In this document: positions 39,614-49,393 of the stretch, in pieces
How the letters are laid out: every line of letters begins with the position of its first letter
Position numbering within the stretch: the first letter of the stretch is position 1
Notes under the pieces: model-generated
Database searches by the model: none
The model's input: only the letters and a program-made list of their open reading frames with translations
What the model was told of the DNA's origin: nothing
Made by a program: the position numbers and the translations under genes
Source: Desulfobacterales bacterium
GTDB lineage: Bacteria > Desulfobacterota > Desulfobacteria > Desulfobacterales > UBA5616
Length of the DNA: 64,000 bases
Assembly (NCBI GenBank): GCA_046483495.1
Contig: JAWODC010000001.1
Coordinates: 1 to 64,000 of the forward strand
Direction: 5' to 3'

Positions 39614-39886
39614 TCATCCGTAGCGATAACAAACCCCAAAACCCCCTCTTGGAAAATTCCATTCCAGGGCATTCATCGGGCATACGATGCGGCAGGTGCC
39701 GCATTCAACGCAATTTTCCCATGTAAAAAGGACTTCATCATTTTCCATGCGATAGCACTGAACGGGGCAAGCGGTAAGGCAAGGTCTTTCCTTGCACGTC
39801 GAACATAGAACCTTGTTGAGCCGGATGTGAGCATTCATCGGATCGACCAAAAATCTGGTTTTAAAAAGCTTCTCTTCTATGCTCAT
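39614..39886 (-). CDS. fixX: Ferredoxin-like protein FixX
   Basis: AHI..C..C..PC...CP..CY..CVECGTCRIVC...W.FPRGGFGV.YRYG. Confidence 0.9.
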   Translation of the reverse strand: MSIEEKLFKTRFLVDPMNAHIRLNKVLCSTCKERPCLTACPVQCYRMENDEVLFTWENCVECGTCRIVCPMNALEWNFPRGGFGVCYRYG

Positions 39887-41181
39887 CCTAAAGCCCTCCA
39901 TGCGCTGTATACATCTTTGAGAATTCGAGTCCTGGAAAGGCGGCCATTTATTCGTTCTCTGAAAACAGTTCCGATTCCTTTACGGGAACCCGGTTCCACA
40001 CTGAATAGCCCTTCAGCCAGACCGTTCGTCAACTCGGGGTATTCTTTATACAGGCGCCGGTTTTTAAAAAAATCCGGTGCATGCCTAAATTTTTTAAGAT
40101 CTTCAAGCAAGCCGTACTTTTCCAAGTATTCATGATACAGATGGAGATTCTTGGCGGTATAACCGCCCTGCCCCGCAGCTTTTATAATGGCTTCGGCCGC
40201 TGCTCGTCCTGAGGTAATCGCCGGATTTGCACCCTCAAGACGCAATCCCGTATTCAAGGTAAACCCGGCGGCATCCCCGGTTATCAGCAGTCCGTCGGCA
40301 TAGAAATTGTTTTTTGAACAGAATTTTGGTTCCGGAATTAAATGGGCCAGGTATTCACTAGGCTCGGAATCTTTTACATAGGGTTGAACCAGTGGATGCC
40401 GTTTAAATTTTTCCAGCAAGTCTGGAGTATTGAGCCTGCTCCGAACCAGATATGCAAGATTAACGACAATGCCGACCGAAATGGAATCTTTATTCGTATA
40501 GATGAAAGCGCCGCCGGGAACATTATCCGTGACATCACCTATATACAGGTGTGCAGCCCCCTCATTATCCGAAAGGTTAAAATTTTTCTTCAGGGCTTTT
40601 TCAGAAATCGACAGAATTTCTTTGACGCCCAGATATGTTTCATCTTCGCACAATTCACCAAGAAGTTCGGCCTTTCTTCGAACAATCGTATTTACACCAT
40701 CGGCAGCAACAACGACATCGGCGATAATTTCGCCGTTATCCCGGCCGGTTCGTACGCCGACAATTTTATTGTTTTCGTAAAGCAGATCTTCAACCAGGGT
40801 TTCGGTAACAAGAACGGCGCCGGCCTCTTGCACGACATCGGCATACCATTGGTCAAACCGGGCACGTAGAACCGTAAAGGCATTGTAAGGGGGCATGTTG
40901 TACTGCAGGTTTTCATAATTCAGGGAAATTTTTGATCCTCCCCTTAAAAAACTGGCATTCCAATGCATGACCGGCCTTTCCACCGGGGCTTTTTCCCAAA
41001 ATTCTGGTATGATTTCATTTAGTTCGCGGCAATAAAGAACGCCTCCGAACATATTTTTTGAACCGGGGTACTGACCCCTTTCGACAACCACAACACTCAT
41101 TCCGGACCGGGCCAAAATCAGCGCCGCGGTGAGTCCGGCCGGTCCGGCACCGATAATGACACAATCGAACTTTTCAGCCAC
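39883..41181 (-). CDS. fixC: ETF:quinone oxidoreductase FixC
   Basis: IIGAGPAG, ERGQYPGSKNMFGG.LY, APVER, TVLRARFD.W, EYLAHLIPE, GDAAG; adjacent to fixX. Confidence 0.9.
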   Translation of the reverse strand: MAEKFDCVIIGAGPAGLTAALILARSGMSVVVVERGQYPGSKNMFGGVLYCRELNEIIPEFWEKAPVERPVMHWNASFLRGGSKISLNYENLQYNMPPYNAFTVLRARFDQWYADVVQEAGAVLVTETLVEDLLYENNKIVGVRTGRDNGEIIADVVVAADGVNTIVRRKAELLGELCEDETYLGVKEILSISEKALKKNFNLSDNEGAAHLYIGDVTDNVPGGAFIYTNKDSISVGIVVNLAYLVRSRLNTPDLLEKFKRHPLVQPYVKDSEPSEYLAHLIPEPKFCSKNNFYADGLLITGDAAGFTLNTGLRLEGANPAITSGRAAAEAIIKAAGQGGYTAKNLHLYHEYLEKYGLLEDLKKFRHAPDFFKNRRLYKEYPELTNGLAEGLFSVEPGSRKGIGTVFRERINGRLSRTRILKDVYSAWRALG

Positions 41182-41210
41182 GATACACTTCCTGTCTTAT
41201 TCTTCCGAAG

Positions 41211-42218
41211 TTAGCTGTTTTCCTCGGAATGTTGGAGTTCTTTTTTAAGCCGTTCCGCCAGCAGCGGAATGATCTCATTCATGTCCCCCAACACCGACAC
41301 ATCGGCAATGTTAAAAATCGGCGCATTGCGGTCTGTGTTGATCGCTACAATGAATTTTGATTCCCGCATACCCATGGTGAATTGCTGGGCGCCTGAAATA
41401 CCGCAGCACAAGATAAACCCGGGTGAGATGGTTTTGCCGGTCTGTCCGATCTGTCGAACGAACGATATCCATCCCTCATCGACAGCAGCTCTTGAACCGG
41501 CAAGAGATGCATTCATGATTTTTGCCGTTTTTTTAACTTCGGGCAGATAAGACCCTTTCCCAAGCCCCTTTCCCACAGCAAAAACGACGTCTGCTTCAGA
41601 AATGTCGAGTTTTTCTTTTTCAATTCTTCTAAAACCTGCATACATGGTTCTGATCATCTCCGGCTCGAGCATCACTTTCATCCGGATCGTTTCGGAAGTC
41701 CTACCGACGGGAGAAGGATCTACACCAAGGATACCGGGCCGAATAGTGACAATTTGCATTCCTGTTTCGGGACCGGTAAATGCGGCATAAACCCTTCCAC
41801 CATATATGGGCCTGGTCATTTCCAAAGCACCGTTTCCCTGATGTTTGAGAACCGCGCAATCACTTGTTAATCCGCATTGCAGTCGTGCGGCGAGACGGGG
41901 GGCAAGATCTTTACCAAGCGCCGTTGCAGCCATGAGCAAAACCGATGCGTTTCGATGTTTTAGAAAATCTTCAAGCACCTTGCAGTAGCCATCGGTGGAA
42001 TAGTGCGCTAAAAGGGGATGATCCGCAATATATACCTTATCTGCACCGTAACGCTCCAAATCCATGCTCAATTCTTTTATATCATTACCTAAAACAAGTG
42101 CGGAAACAAGCGATTCTGAAAACCCAGATAGTCTGACGGCCTCTCCTATAACTTCCAGCGCAGCCTCCGCGATTCCGTCCTCGTCGTGTTCGATCAGAAC
42201 AAAGATTTCTTTTTTCAT
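41211..42218 (-). CDS. etfA: Electron transfer flavoprotein alpha subunit (FixB-like)
   Basis: GKDLAPRLAARL, SRAAVDEGW, QIGQTGKTI, GISGAQQF..GM, AINTD.NAPIF. Confidence 0.9.
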   Translation of the reverse strand: MKKEIFVLIEHDEDGIAEAALEVIGEAVRLSGFSESLVSALVLGNDIKELSMDLERYGADKVYIADHPLLAHYSTDGYCKVLEDFLKHRNASVLLMAATALGKDLAPRLAARLQCGLTSDCAVLKHQGNGALEMTRPIYGGRVYAAFTGPETGMQIVTIRPGILGVDPSPVGRTSETIRMKVMLEPEMIRTMYAGFRRIEKEKLDISEADVVFAVGKGLGKGSYLPEVKKTAKIMNASLAGSRAAVDEGWISFVRQIGQTGKTISPGFILCCGISGAQQFTMGMRESKFIVAINTDRNAPIFNIADVSVLGDMNEIIPLLAERLKKELQHSEENS

Positions 42219-42255
42219 AATTCTCAAGTGCGTTAATTCATTAAACACTATTCGG

Positions 42256-44247
42256 TCAAAGTATTCTTCCAACCCGCTCACCATCGCGAACAGCATCTCC
42301 GATCATCCGCGGCGCAACACAATCGCCAATCCGGTAAACTTCCGGAAAAGAATCCTTGAGATCAAAATATAGGAAATCATTCGCCTCATGATAGTATGCC
42401 AATACGACATGATCGATATTCTCAAGCACCTTTTCCTCTCGGGAATAAATATTATAAACCGTTACGTTCGAACCACTGATTTCTTTGATCATGGTATAGG
42501 GAAGAATAGAAGGATTTTTTCTCAGGATCCTGCGGAGCAGCGGCGTCTTTCGTTCGGCGGTGATGTCATGAGCAAATTCAAAGGGTGTTGTAAATATAAC
42601 CTGCTTGTTTCTATCCAGGAGGAGTTCGGCAATACTGATTCCCTTCCAGCTGCCCTCCCCGTCATCTGCAACCAGTACACGTTGCCCCACCTCGACTTCT
42701 CTTTCAAGCAAATCCCACGAAGTCAGCACATGATTTTGGTCGACCCCTTTCGGATCCGGGTTTATTCCATCAAAAAAAGGTATGCCCGTAAAGCTGCTTT
42801 TTCTCGGTGTTGATCCTGTTGCGACAACCACGGCATCAGGATTCTTTTCCATTACGAATTTTTTGGATACTTCTGTCGAAATGTTGATCTCTACGCCAAG
42901 TTTTTTTACCTGCCGAATCAGGTAGCGTGTAATTTCTTCCAGTTCCGACCGTCCGGCACCTTTCGATGCTATACTCACCTGCCCACCTAATTGCGGGCGT
43001 TTTTCATAGAGCACGACTTTGTGGCCCCTGCGTGCTGCAATTTCAGCAGCCTTTAAACCTGCCGGCCCCCCCCCGATTACAAATACGGACTTATGGGCGC
43101 CCGCCGGCCTCAATGTTCCGCTTCCCAACCGTTTTTCATTCCCGACTGCCGGGTTGTGGGTGCAGCCGAATCGTCCTCCGTAAATCATACCCCAGCAGCC
43201 ATCGTTGCATGCGGCACAAGGACGTATATCATCAAGGCGTCCCTCTTTGACTTTATTCGCCAATTCGGGATCTGCTATTTGAGCCCGCGTCATACCGACC
43301 ATATCCGCATGCCCGTCAGCCAGAACTTTTTCAGCGAATACAGGATCATTAATTCGACCGACAGCTATTATTGAAGCATTTTCAGTTACTTCCTTTATTC
43401 CTGATGAAAATGGCACCCATAAACCAAGGGGATGTTGCATGTCGGGAATAACCATGTTGGGAACCCAGTAAGTCCCGGCTTTTACGACAATATAATCCAC
43501 CTGTTTTTCTTGGTCGATCAAAGCGGCAACCTTCTTGTAATCGTCCAGACTTAAGCCACCGGGTGTCAAATCATCTCCGTTGAGCTGCAGTCCTACAAGA
43601 TATTCTTCTCCGACATTTTTTCTGACGGCATCCATCACCTCATAGATAATCCGCATTCTATTTTCCAGGCTCCCCCCATAGGCATCCGTACGCTTGTTGC
43701 TGTAGGGAGACAAAAATCCCCCTAGTAAGTAGTTGCCGTATAACGAATGGATTTCAACACCGTCAAATCCGCTTTGCCTGGTTATGTAGGCCGCCTTACC
43801 CCAGCCGTTCACAACGTCTTGAATCTCATGAATCTCCATTTCCTTCGGTGTAAGGCCGACAACATCAAAAAATCGGTACGGCATGGGGGACGGCGCCCAC
43901 GCCAATCGACGTCCGAAAAAACGCTGCCGTCCGGTATGGCCGATTTGTAGAACAATTCTGCCACCATGTGCATGAACGGCATCGGTTAATTTTTTGTATT
44001 CAGCAATCAATTCTTCATTATAGCCGATGAGCGGAGTCATACACGAAGGGTGAACACTCGCCAATTCTACGACAATAAGGCCGCAGCCCCCTTTCGCTCG
44101 TTCGACATGGTAGTCGGTCAAGCGCTGTGAGGGCGCACCGTGTTCACCTAAATTTGTTCCATGACCGGTGCTCACGATTCTGTTGCGAAAATCAATATTT
44201 TTTATCCGCAACGGCGAGAGTAAGTATGGAAATTGTACTTCGGCCAT
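42256..44247 (-). CDS. OYE-family FMN/FeS/FAD oxidoreductase with atypical active-site motif
   Basis: RNRIVSTGH, ERAKGGCG, EIHSLYGNYLL, CAACNDGC..C.HNP, IGGGPAGLKAA. Confidence 0.88.
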   Translation of the reverse strand: MAEVQFPYLLSPLRIKNIDFRNRIVSTGHGTNLGEHGAPSQRLTDYHVERAKGGCGLIVVELASVHPSCMTPLIGYNEELIAEYKKLTDAVHAHGGRIVLQIGHTGRQRFFGRRLAWAPSPMPYRFFDVVGLTPKEMEIHEIQDVVNGWGKAAYITRQSGFDGVEIHSLYGNYLLGGFLSPYSNKRTDAYGGSLENRMRIIYEVMDAVRKNVGEEYLVGLQLNGDDLTPGGLSLDDYKKVAALIDQEKQVDYIVVKAGTYWVPNMVIPDMQHPLGLWVPFSSGIKEVTENASIIAVGRINDPVFAEKVLADGHADMVGMTRAQIADPELANKVKEGRLDDIRPCAACNDGCWGMIYGGRFGCTHNPAVGNEKRLGSGTLRPAGAHKSVFVIGGGPAGLKAAEIAARRGHKVVLYEKRPQLGGQVSIASKGAGRSELEEITRYLIRQVKKLGVEINISTEVSKKFVMEKNPDAVVVATGSTPRKSSFTGIPFFDGINPDPKGVDQNHVLTSWDLLEREVEVGQRVLVADDGEGSWKGISIAELLLDRNKQVIFTTPFEFAHDITAERKTPLLRRILRKNPSILPYTMIKEISGSNVTVYNIYSREEKVLENIDHVVLAYYHEANDFLYFDLKDSFPEVYRIGDCVAPRMIGDAVRDGERVGRIL

Positions 44248-44310
44248 TCCTCTTCTCCTGATCTGGGTTCATTAATGGAAAGCACGGATTCAGTTCTGGA
44301 TGCGAAATCT

Positions 44311-44358
44311 AGCAAACAATCGGTAAGGAATTCTTGCATTTTCAATTCCGGGTGTCAA
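44311..44358 (-). promoter_or_regulatory. Promoter TTGACA-17-AAGAAT with operator AGCAAACAATCGGT at the start site; weaker copy ACTTACCGTTCGGT at 44489-44502
   Basis: -35 44358-44353, -10 44335-44330, operator 44311-44324 nearly identical to the TetR-proximal site at 28707. Confidence 0.6.
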
Positions 44359-44732
44359 GTTTATTTTTTATACCCTCTGCGATCAACACGGTCCCATCCG
44401 GTCTATGTCAATTTTATTTTACTTAATTAATTGATAATTTTATTTATTGTCGCGGCATTTAAATTCGCCGGATGATAAGAAGAAAATGACTTACCGTTCG
44501 GTATCCTTTTTTATTTCGATTTTTTTTGTGTAATACCGGTTTTCATTAATGATAAGGCAGGCAACTCGGACCGGTGAGTTCATTTGAGGATGGGCGAAAA
44601 AAATGCCCGCATCAAGTTGACGAGTGCCGGCCGGACCGGTCAACATATGAAAATAGATGGCGCTTACCTTTAAATCCTGCCAAATCAGAAGAAATTGGCC
44701 TGTCAGAATCATTAAAATGAACTATATGTGCC

Positions 44733-45170
44733 TTATCCTTTACGAAGCTGGTAAAAACCTTCTGCAACAGCCACAACAGTGCCGTCTTTATCTTGTAGTT
44801 GCATATTCAGGTTGTAGTCCGCTTTTTTATTTTTATCGCATTCATCCATGATCTTTTGCGCTTCATCCAGGCCCATCGTGTATTCACAACGAACATTCGA
44901 ATTTGCAGGACGAGTAAATTTAATGTTCAGCCCCTTGACAATCGGGTATGTGTCACCCTTCATTAGATATACCGCTGCTACGGCACCTCCGGTAACCTCT
45001 GCCAAAGTAAACAAAGCGCCGGCATACATGGTGCCGATATGGTTTGCATTTCCCTCTTGAGGCATTTCAAGAATCACCTTTTCCGCATCAAGCTGTACGG
45101 CTCTCAACCCGATTTTCCTGGTAAATTCGATGTTTTTTCCGAATTGATCCAAATCCAAATCTATTTTCAT
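44733..45170 (-). CDS. Hotdog-fold thioesterase (PaaI/YiiD-C/DUF4442-like)
   Basis: NANHIGTMYAGALFTLAE..GG; IKFTRPA. Confidence 0.85.
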   Translation of the reverse strand: MKIDLDLDQFGKNIEFTRKIGLRAVQLDAEKVILEMPQEGNANHIGTMYAGALFTLAEVTGGAVAAVYLMKGDTYPIVKGLNIKFTRPANSNVRCEYTMGLDEAQKIMDECDKNKKADYNLNMQLQDKDGTVVAVAEGFYQLRKG

Positions 45171-45359
45171 CTGTTTCTCCTCTCGTCTTGTAAACAATAA
45201 AAAGGATTAAAGGGTGGTGTTCGATCCGCCATCGGTATATATTTTTACGCCATTTACAGAATGAGATTCATCCGACGCTAAAAAGAATGCAGGGAAGGCT
45301 GTTTCCAAGGGCGACAAACGTGCGGAAAGCGGCTGATACCGAAAGAACGCCCATTTTTT

Positions 45360-45977
45360 TTAACTCTTCCTCAATATGCCGTCGAATATCATTTCGAACA
45401 GATCCTCGGCAAATTCGTCCGTCCTTATTTTTCGGTTATAAATTATGTAGGGCAGGCATATGTATTCAATTCCGCCTAAAATCGTCTGCCTGATCCGGTG
45501 GGGATGTATATCATTTCTGATTTCACCTTCTTCAACACCCTCTTCGATAATATTGAGAAGAAGTTCGGAGTAGGACTTTGTCATTTGAAAATACTTGCTT
45601 TCAAAGTAGTCGGAAAAGCTATTGATTTCAGCAACGATGATTTTGGCGAAAACGGGGTTTCTATCGTAATAATCCATGTGGCTCCAAATCAGTTTCCGCA
45701 ACTTATTAAAGGCCCCTTTTATGCCCCTGAGATCATCATTTATTTTAACTTGAAAAATTTCAAAATCATCGGCCAAAACCTGATAAAGCAGCCCTTTTTT
45801 ATTTTCAAAATGCCTGAAAATAAGGGACTGGTTAACTCCCGCCGCTGCGGCCAATTCGGCTGTAGTGATAGCTTGAAAATCTTTTTCCATTAGTAGTGTT
45901 CTGAAAGCGTCGTTTATTTTCTGACGACTGGGTGGCGACATATCTTTAATCGAGTTGGCGGCGGAATTTTTAGGCAT
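45360..45977 (-). CDS. TetR/AcrR family regulator
   Basis: KDFQAITTAELAAAAGVNQSLIFRHFENKKGLL; divergent from the 46260 operon. Confidence 0.92.
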   Translation of the reverse strand: MPKNSAANSIKDMSPPSRQKINDAFRTLLMEKDFQAITTAELAAAAGVNQSLIFRHFENKKGLLYQVLADDFEIFQVKINDDLRGIKGAFNKLRKLIWSHMDYYDRNPVFAKIIVAEINSFSDYFESKYFQMTKSYSELLLNIIEEGVEEGEIRNDIHPHRIRQTILGGIEYICLPYIIYNRKIRTDEFAEDLFEMIFDGILRKS

Positions 45978-46030
45978 TTTATTTCTCTATTATTGTTTTT
46001 TCAAGTTGGTGGTCTAAGATAAATACCTTA

Positions 46031-46103
46031 TGAAATTAAAACTTACATAATGTTCATTTTTAATGTTGACAAAGGCATTATTTATATGTAAGTGCTAATT
46101 GCA
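46031..46103 (+). promoter_or_regulatory. Promoter TTGACA-17-TAAGTG with two TG(T/A)AA-N7-TT(A/G)CA operators between TetR and the oxidoreductase operon
   Basis: Operators 46031-46047 and 46087-46103; -35 at 46066-46071. Confidence 0.65.
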
Positions 46104-46259
46104 TTATTTGATAATTATGTCAAATCAAATTGACATTTTAATTTTGCAATGTCAATAAAATTCCATTTTTCAGGATTCTGGAATGCACTCGAAAATACAA
46201 TCCATAACCACACCTTTCTTGCCCAAAAAGATCTTTCAATAACCTGTGAGGTATATAGA

Positions 46260-47804
46260 ATGAGCAAACCCTTACACATACCCGCTTTCGACAATCTTTG
46301 CTGGAATTCGAGTCGTTTTGTCCCGCCATGCCAGAAAGCCTGCCCGTTGGGTACGGATGTTTCGGGTTATATTATGGCAGCAATGATGGGAGAATACAGG
46401 GAGGCTTTCCGCCTTGTAAAGGACAGGAACCCCTTACCTTCGGTATGCAGCAGAATTTGTCACCACCCATGTGAAGATCAATGCATCCGCGGCCGAATAG
46501 ACCAGCCGATTTCCATTCGTGCATTGAAGCGATTTGTGATAGAAAATACGGATAAAGAATTTCGGCAAAGAATCCCCGATATGAACAAGGCCGGCGGGAA
46601 ACGGGTCGCTGTTATCGGTTCCGGACCGGCAGGCCTTTCCGCGGCGCACGACCTCGCTCTTCAAGGTCATCAAGTAACGATTTTTGAAAAATACGACAGG
46701 CTCGGAGGGGTTCTAGGTTTAGCTATTCCTGCTTTTATTCTTCCAAATAGTATTTTAAAAGAGGATATTTCTCGAATCAAATCCTTGGGGGTCCGCTTCC
46801 AAACCGGAGCCGAAATAAAGAAAGCTGAAGCCATAAAAAGCCTTTTCGACACCGGATTTTCATCCGTTCTTCTCGCCACCGGTGCTCACGACAGCGTTAT
46901 TCTGAACAATATCGACTACTCTTTGCCAAAGATATTCAGTGCTTTGGCTTTTTTAATCGAAAATAAGAACGGCAAAAACAGTAAAATGGAAGGGCGCGCC
47001 CTGATCATTGGCGGCGGAAATGTCGCCGTCGATTCAGCGAGACTCTGCATTCGGAAGGGTGTTTCAAAAGTGGATGTTTACTGCCTCGAAAAGCAGAATG
47101 AAATGGCCGCCTTTGATTGGGAAATTGAAAGGGCACGACGGGAAGGAGTTGAATTTCACAGTGAACAGTCTCTTGTCGAGACAACCGCAAATCCTGATGG
47201 ATCCATCACCTGCCGGTTTGCCGATGTAAAGCACATTGTGGTCGAGGACGGTAAAATCAAACCTGTCATAGACAAGCGGCGAATGCGAGAAGAGGCTACG
47301 GATTATCTGATTATCGCAGCCGGACAGAAAATCGGAACAGATCATTTAAACGGCATTCCTTTTAATTTAACGCCACAAGGCTCTGTCAGCATGGGTGCCG
47401 AACTCATGATCAGTGGTTTTCCGGGGCTTTTTATTGCCGGGGATATGGCGTCATTCCCCGGAACGCTTATTGATTCAATTGCTTCAGGTAAAAAAGCAGC
47501 TGAATCGATAGAAGTGTTTTTAAACGGCGGAAAAAGTGTTACGACTTCCATTAAAAATGGCACCGGCAGACTTTTGAGCGAGATTCCGGAAAAAATTATA
47601 TCTGTTTTTCCCAAAAGGAAAAGGCAAATTCCCCCCGAAACCAGCTCTGCTAAAGCTAAAAAATCATATGCCGAACCTGAAAAAACATACAGCCTTTCAG
47701 CAGCAAAAGAAGAGGCATCGAGGTGCTTAAATTGCGCCGTGTGCGGAAATTGCATCTATGAACGTGAACAATTATGCCTCCAAACCGGATCTAGACTTTT
47801 ATAG
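46260..47804 (+). CDS. GltD/NfnB-like NAD(P)-dependent FAD/FeS oxidoreductase
   Basis: PPCQKACP, NPLPSVCSRICHHPCEDQC.R, VIGSGPAGL, IGGGNVAVD, EASRCLNC. Confidence 0.88.
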   Translation: MSKPLHIPAFDNLCWNSSRFVPPCQKACPLGTDVSGYIMAAMMGEYREAFRLVKDRNPLPSVCSRICHHPCEDQCIRGRIDQPISIRALKRFVIENTDKEFRQRIPDMNKAGGKRVAVIGSGPAGLSAAHDLALQGHQVTIFEKYDRLGGVLGLAIPAFILPNSILKEDISRIKSLGVRFQTGAEIKKAEAIKSLFDTGFSSVLLATGAHDSVILNNIDYSLPKIFSALAFLIENKNGKNSKMEGRALIIGGGNVAVDSARLCIRKGVSKVDVYCLEKQNEMAAFDWEIERARREGVEFHSEQSLVETTANPDGSITCRFADVKHIVVEDGKIKPVIDKRRMREEATDYLIIAAGQKIGTDHLNGIPFNLTPQGSVSMGAELMISGFPGLFIAGDMASFPGTLIDSIASGKKAAESIEVFLNGGKSVTTSIKNGTGRLLSEIPEKIISVFPKRKRQIPPETSSAKAKKSYAEPEKTYSLSAAKEEASRCLNCAVCGNCIYEREQLCLQTGSRLL

Positions 47805-47822
47805 GGAAAAAAAGGATGGCCT

Positions 47823-48092
47823 ATGGAAATCATTGTAAATGAATTAAAGTGTGTCGGATGCGGTCTCTGCGCGGCTGCCTGCCCTCGGGAAGCCCTCAAA
47901 ACTTACGGCATTGTTTTGATAGATCATGATAAATGCAGAGAATGTTTCGGCGGTATCGGTCTTATCGGTTCGCTTACCCGGGAAGACATCAAAGTATTTC
48001 TAAAAGAAGAAAACAACTGGCAAAAGGCATGTATACGAAACTGTCCGGTTGAAGCCATCACGGAGATAAATAATGAAAAAAAGGAAATTTGA
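47823..48092 (+). CDS. Small 4Fe-4S ferredoxin
   Basis: CVGCGLCAAACP and split C..C...CIRNCP motif. Confidence 0.8.
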   Translation: MEIIVNELKCVGCGLCAAACPREALKTYGIVLIDHDKCRECFGGIGLIGSLTREDIKVFLKEENNWQKACIRNCPVEAITEINNEKKEI

Positions 48093-49377
48093 TGCCGTTG
48101 TTTTGGGATCCGGGGTGGGTGGTCTTTGTGCCGCCGCCAGAATGATGCGCATGGATATGAAAGTCCTTGTTGTTGAGAGACTTCCCTTCTTGGGCGGACG
48201 GTTTTCAACACGCCTTATTAAAGGATTTAGACTGCCTACCGGTGCGATGGTGGTGCCTCACGGACCACGGAGCGCCTTTCAGGAAGCCTTCGATCTTGCC
48301 GGAATTCCTTTAGAAGTACGAATGCCCAAAGGCGAAACCACTTACAGGCTGCCGCACGGCGATTATGAAGTTCCGCCGGATGGCGGAGGAATGGCTGGAA
48401 TGCTTGAGTTTGCACTTCAGGACAAAGAAGAGGCAAAACGCGTCTTCAGGGAATTCAAACGTGCTTTGGTCTGGTGGGAGCCTGTCGGAAACATAACGTT
48501 TCGACAATGGCTCGAGCAACACACACATAACACAAATGTGCACAATATGTTTCAAGGATTTTGCGCCGCCTTTGTCGGAGTCAACAGCAATGAAGTGCCT
48601 GCCTCTGAATTTTTTCGTTTCATCAAGGCAATGGGAAGGAATGTAGCCTACGGCATCGCTCCCATGGGCAACATGAAGCTAATGAACGATTTGGCCGACG
48701 GAATAGCGGACAAAGGGGTGGATATCGTTCGCGAATGCAACTGCAAGCAAATACTCGTTGAAAAAAACATGGTCACCGGCGTTATCATTGAAAAGAATAT
48801 GCAGGAAGAGCTTATCGAGGCAGATTTCGTTATCAGCAATGCCGGGCCGTCGCAAACTGTGGTGCTTGCCGGACCTGAAAATTTTGAGCTAAGCTACCTT
48901 ACGCTCCTCAGGGAACACAATTTTACCGTTCCGGTAGTCTATATTGCCATAAGCTCACCCGAACCACTCAATAAGCGCCATGGAGTGCTGAACTTCGGCA
49001 ACACCCGAAGATTGGTTTTTCTGGAAACACCCACCATTACCTGTCCCGAACTTGCTCCAGAGGGCAGACACATGACCATAACTTTCAGTGTGCCGAAATT
49101 TTCAACGGGTCCGCTGAATTTAAGGGAAACCATTGATATGGCTCTTCTGGACCTCCAGGAAAATTTCCCCGGCTTCAAAAATGCGGAATTGCTTCATGTG
49201 GGGACACATCACGGCGACTGGCCAACCATGCATAGATGGCCTGGATATCCTATGCCGATCCGCACGTCAATAGAAAATCTTTACAATGTGGGTGACGGGT
49301 GCATGCCTTCCGGTACGGTCGGGGTGGAGGCATGTGCCATCACTGCCAGGATGGTGGCGGATGATATAAAAAGGTAA
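48073..49377 (+). CDS. Phytoene-dehydrogenase-like (COG1233) FAD-dependent oxidoreductase
   Basis: DAVVLGSGVGG..VVER...GGRF...GF...TGA; NLYNVGDG...G..GVEAC. Confidence 0.82.
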   Translation: MKKRKFDAVVLGSGVGGLCAAARMMRMDMKVLVVERLPFLGGRFSTRLIKGFRLPTGAMVVPHGPRSAFQEAFDLAGIPLEVRMPKGETTYRLPHGDYEVPPDGGGMAGMLEFALQDKEEAKRVFREFKRALVWWEPVGNITFRQWLEQHTHNTNVHNMFQGFCAAFVGVNSNEVPASEFFRFIKAMGRNVAYGIAPMGNMKLMNDLADGIADKGVDIVRECNCKQILVEKNMVTGVIIEKNMQEELIEADFVISNAGPSQTVVLAGPENFELSYLTLLREHNFTVPVVYIAISSPEPLNKRHGVLNFGNTRRLVFLETPTITCPELAPEGRHMTITFSVPKFSTGPLNLRETIDMALLDLQENFPGFKNAELLHVGTHHGDWPTMHRWPGYPMPIRTSIENLYNVGDGCMPSGTVGVEACAITARMVADDIKR

Positions 49378-49393
49378 CGGATAGGAGACGATA

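Noticed and set aside
38728..42218. Nitrogen fixation inferred from fix genes
   Set aside because: No nif genes; FixABCX homologues are general ETF systems.
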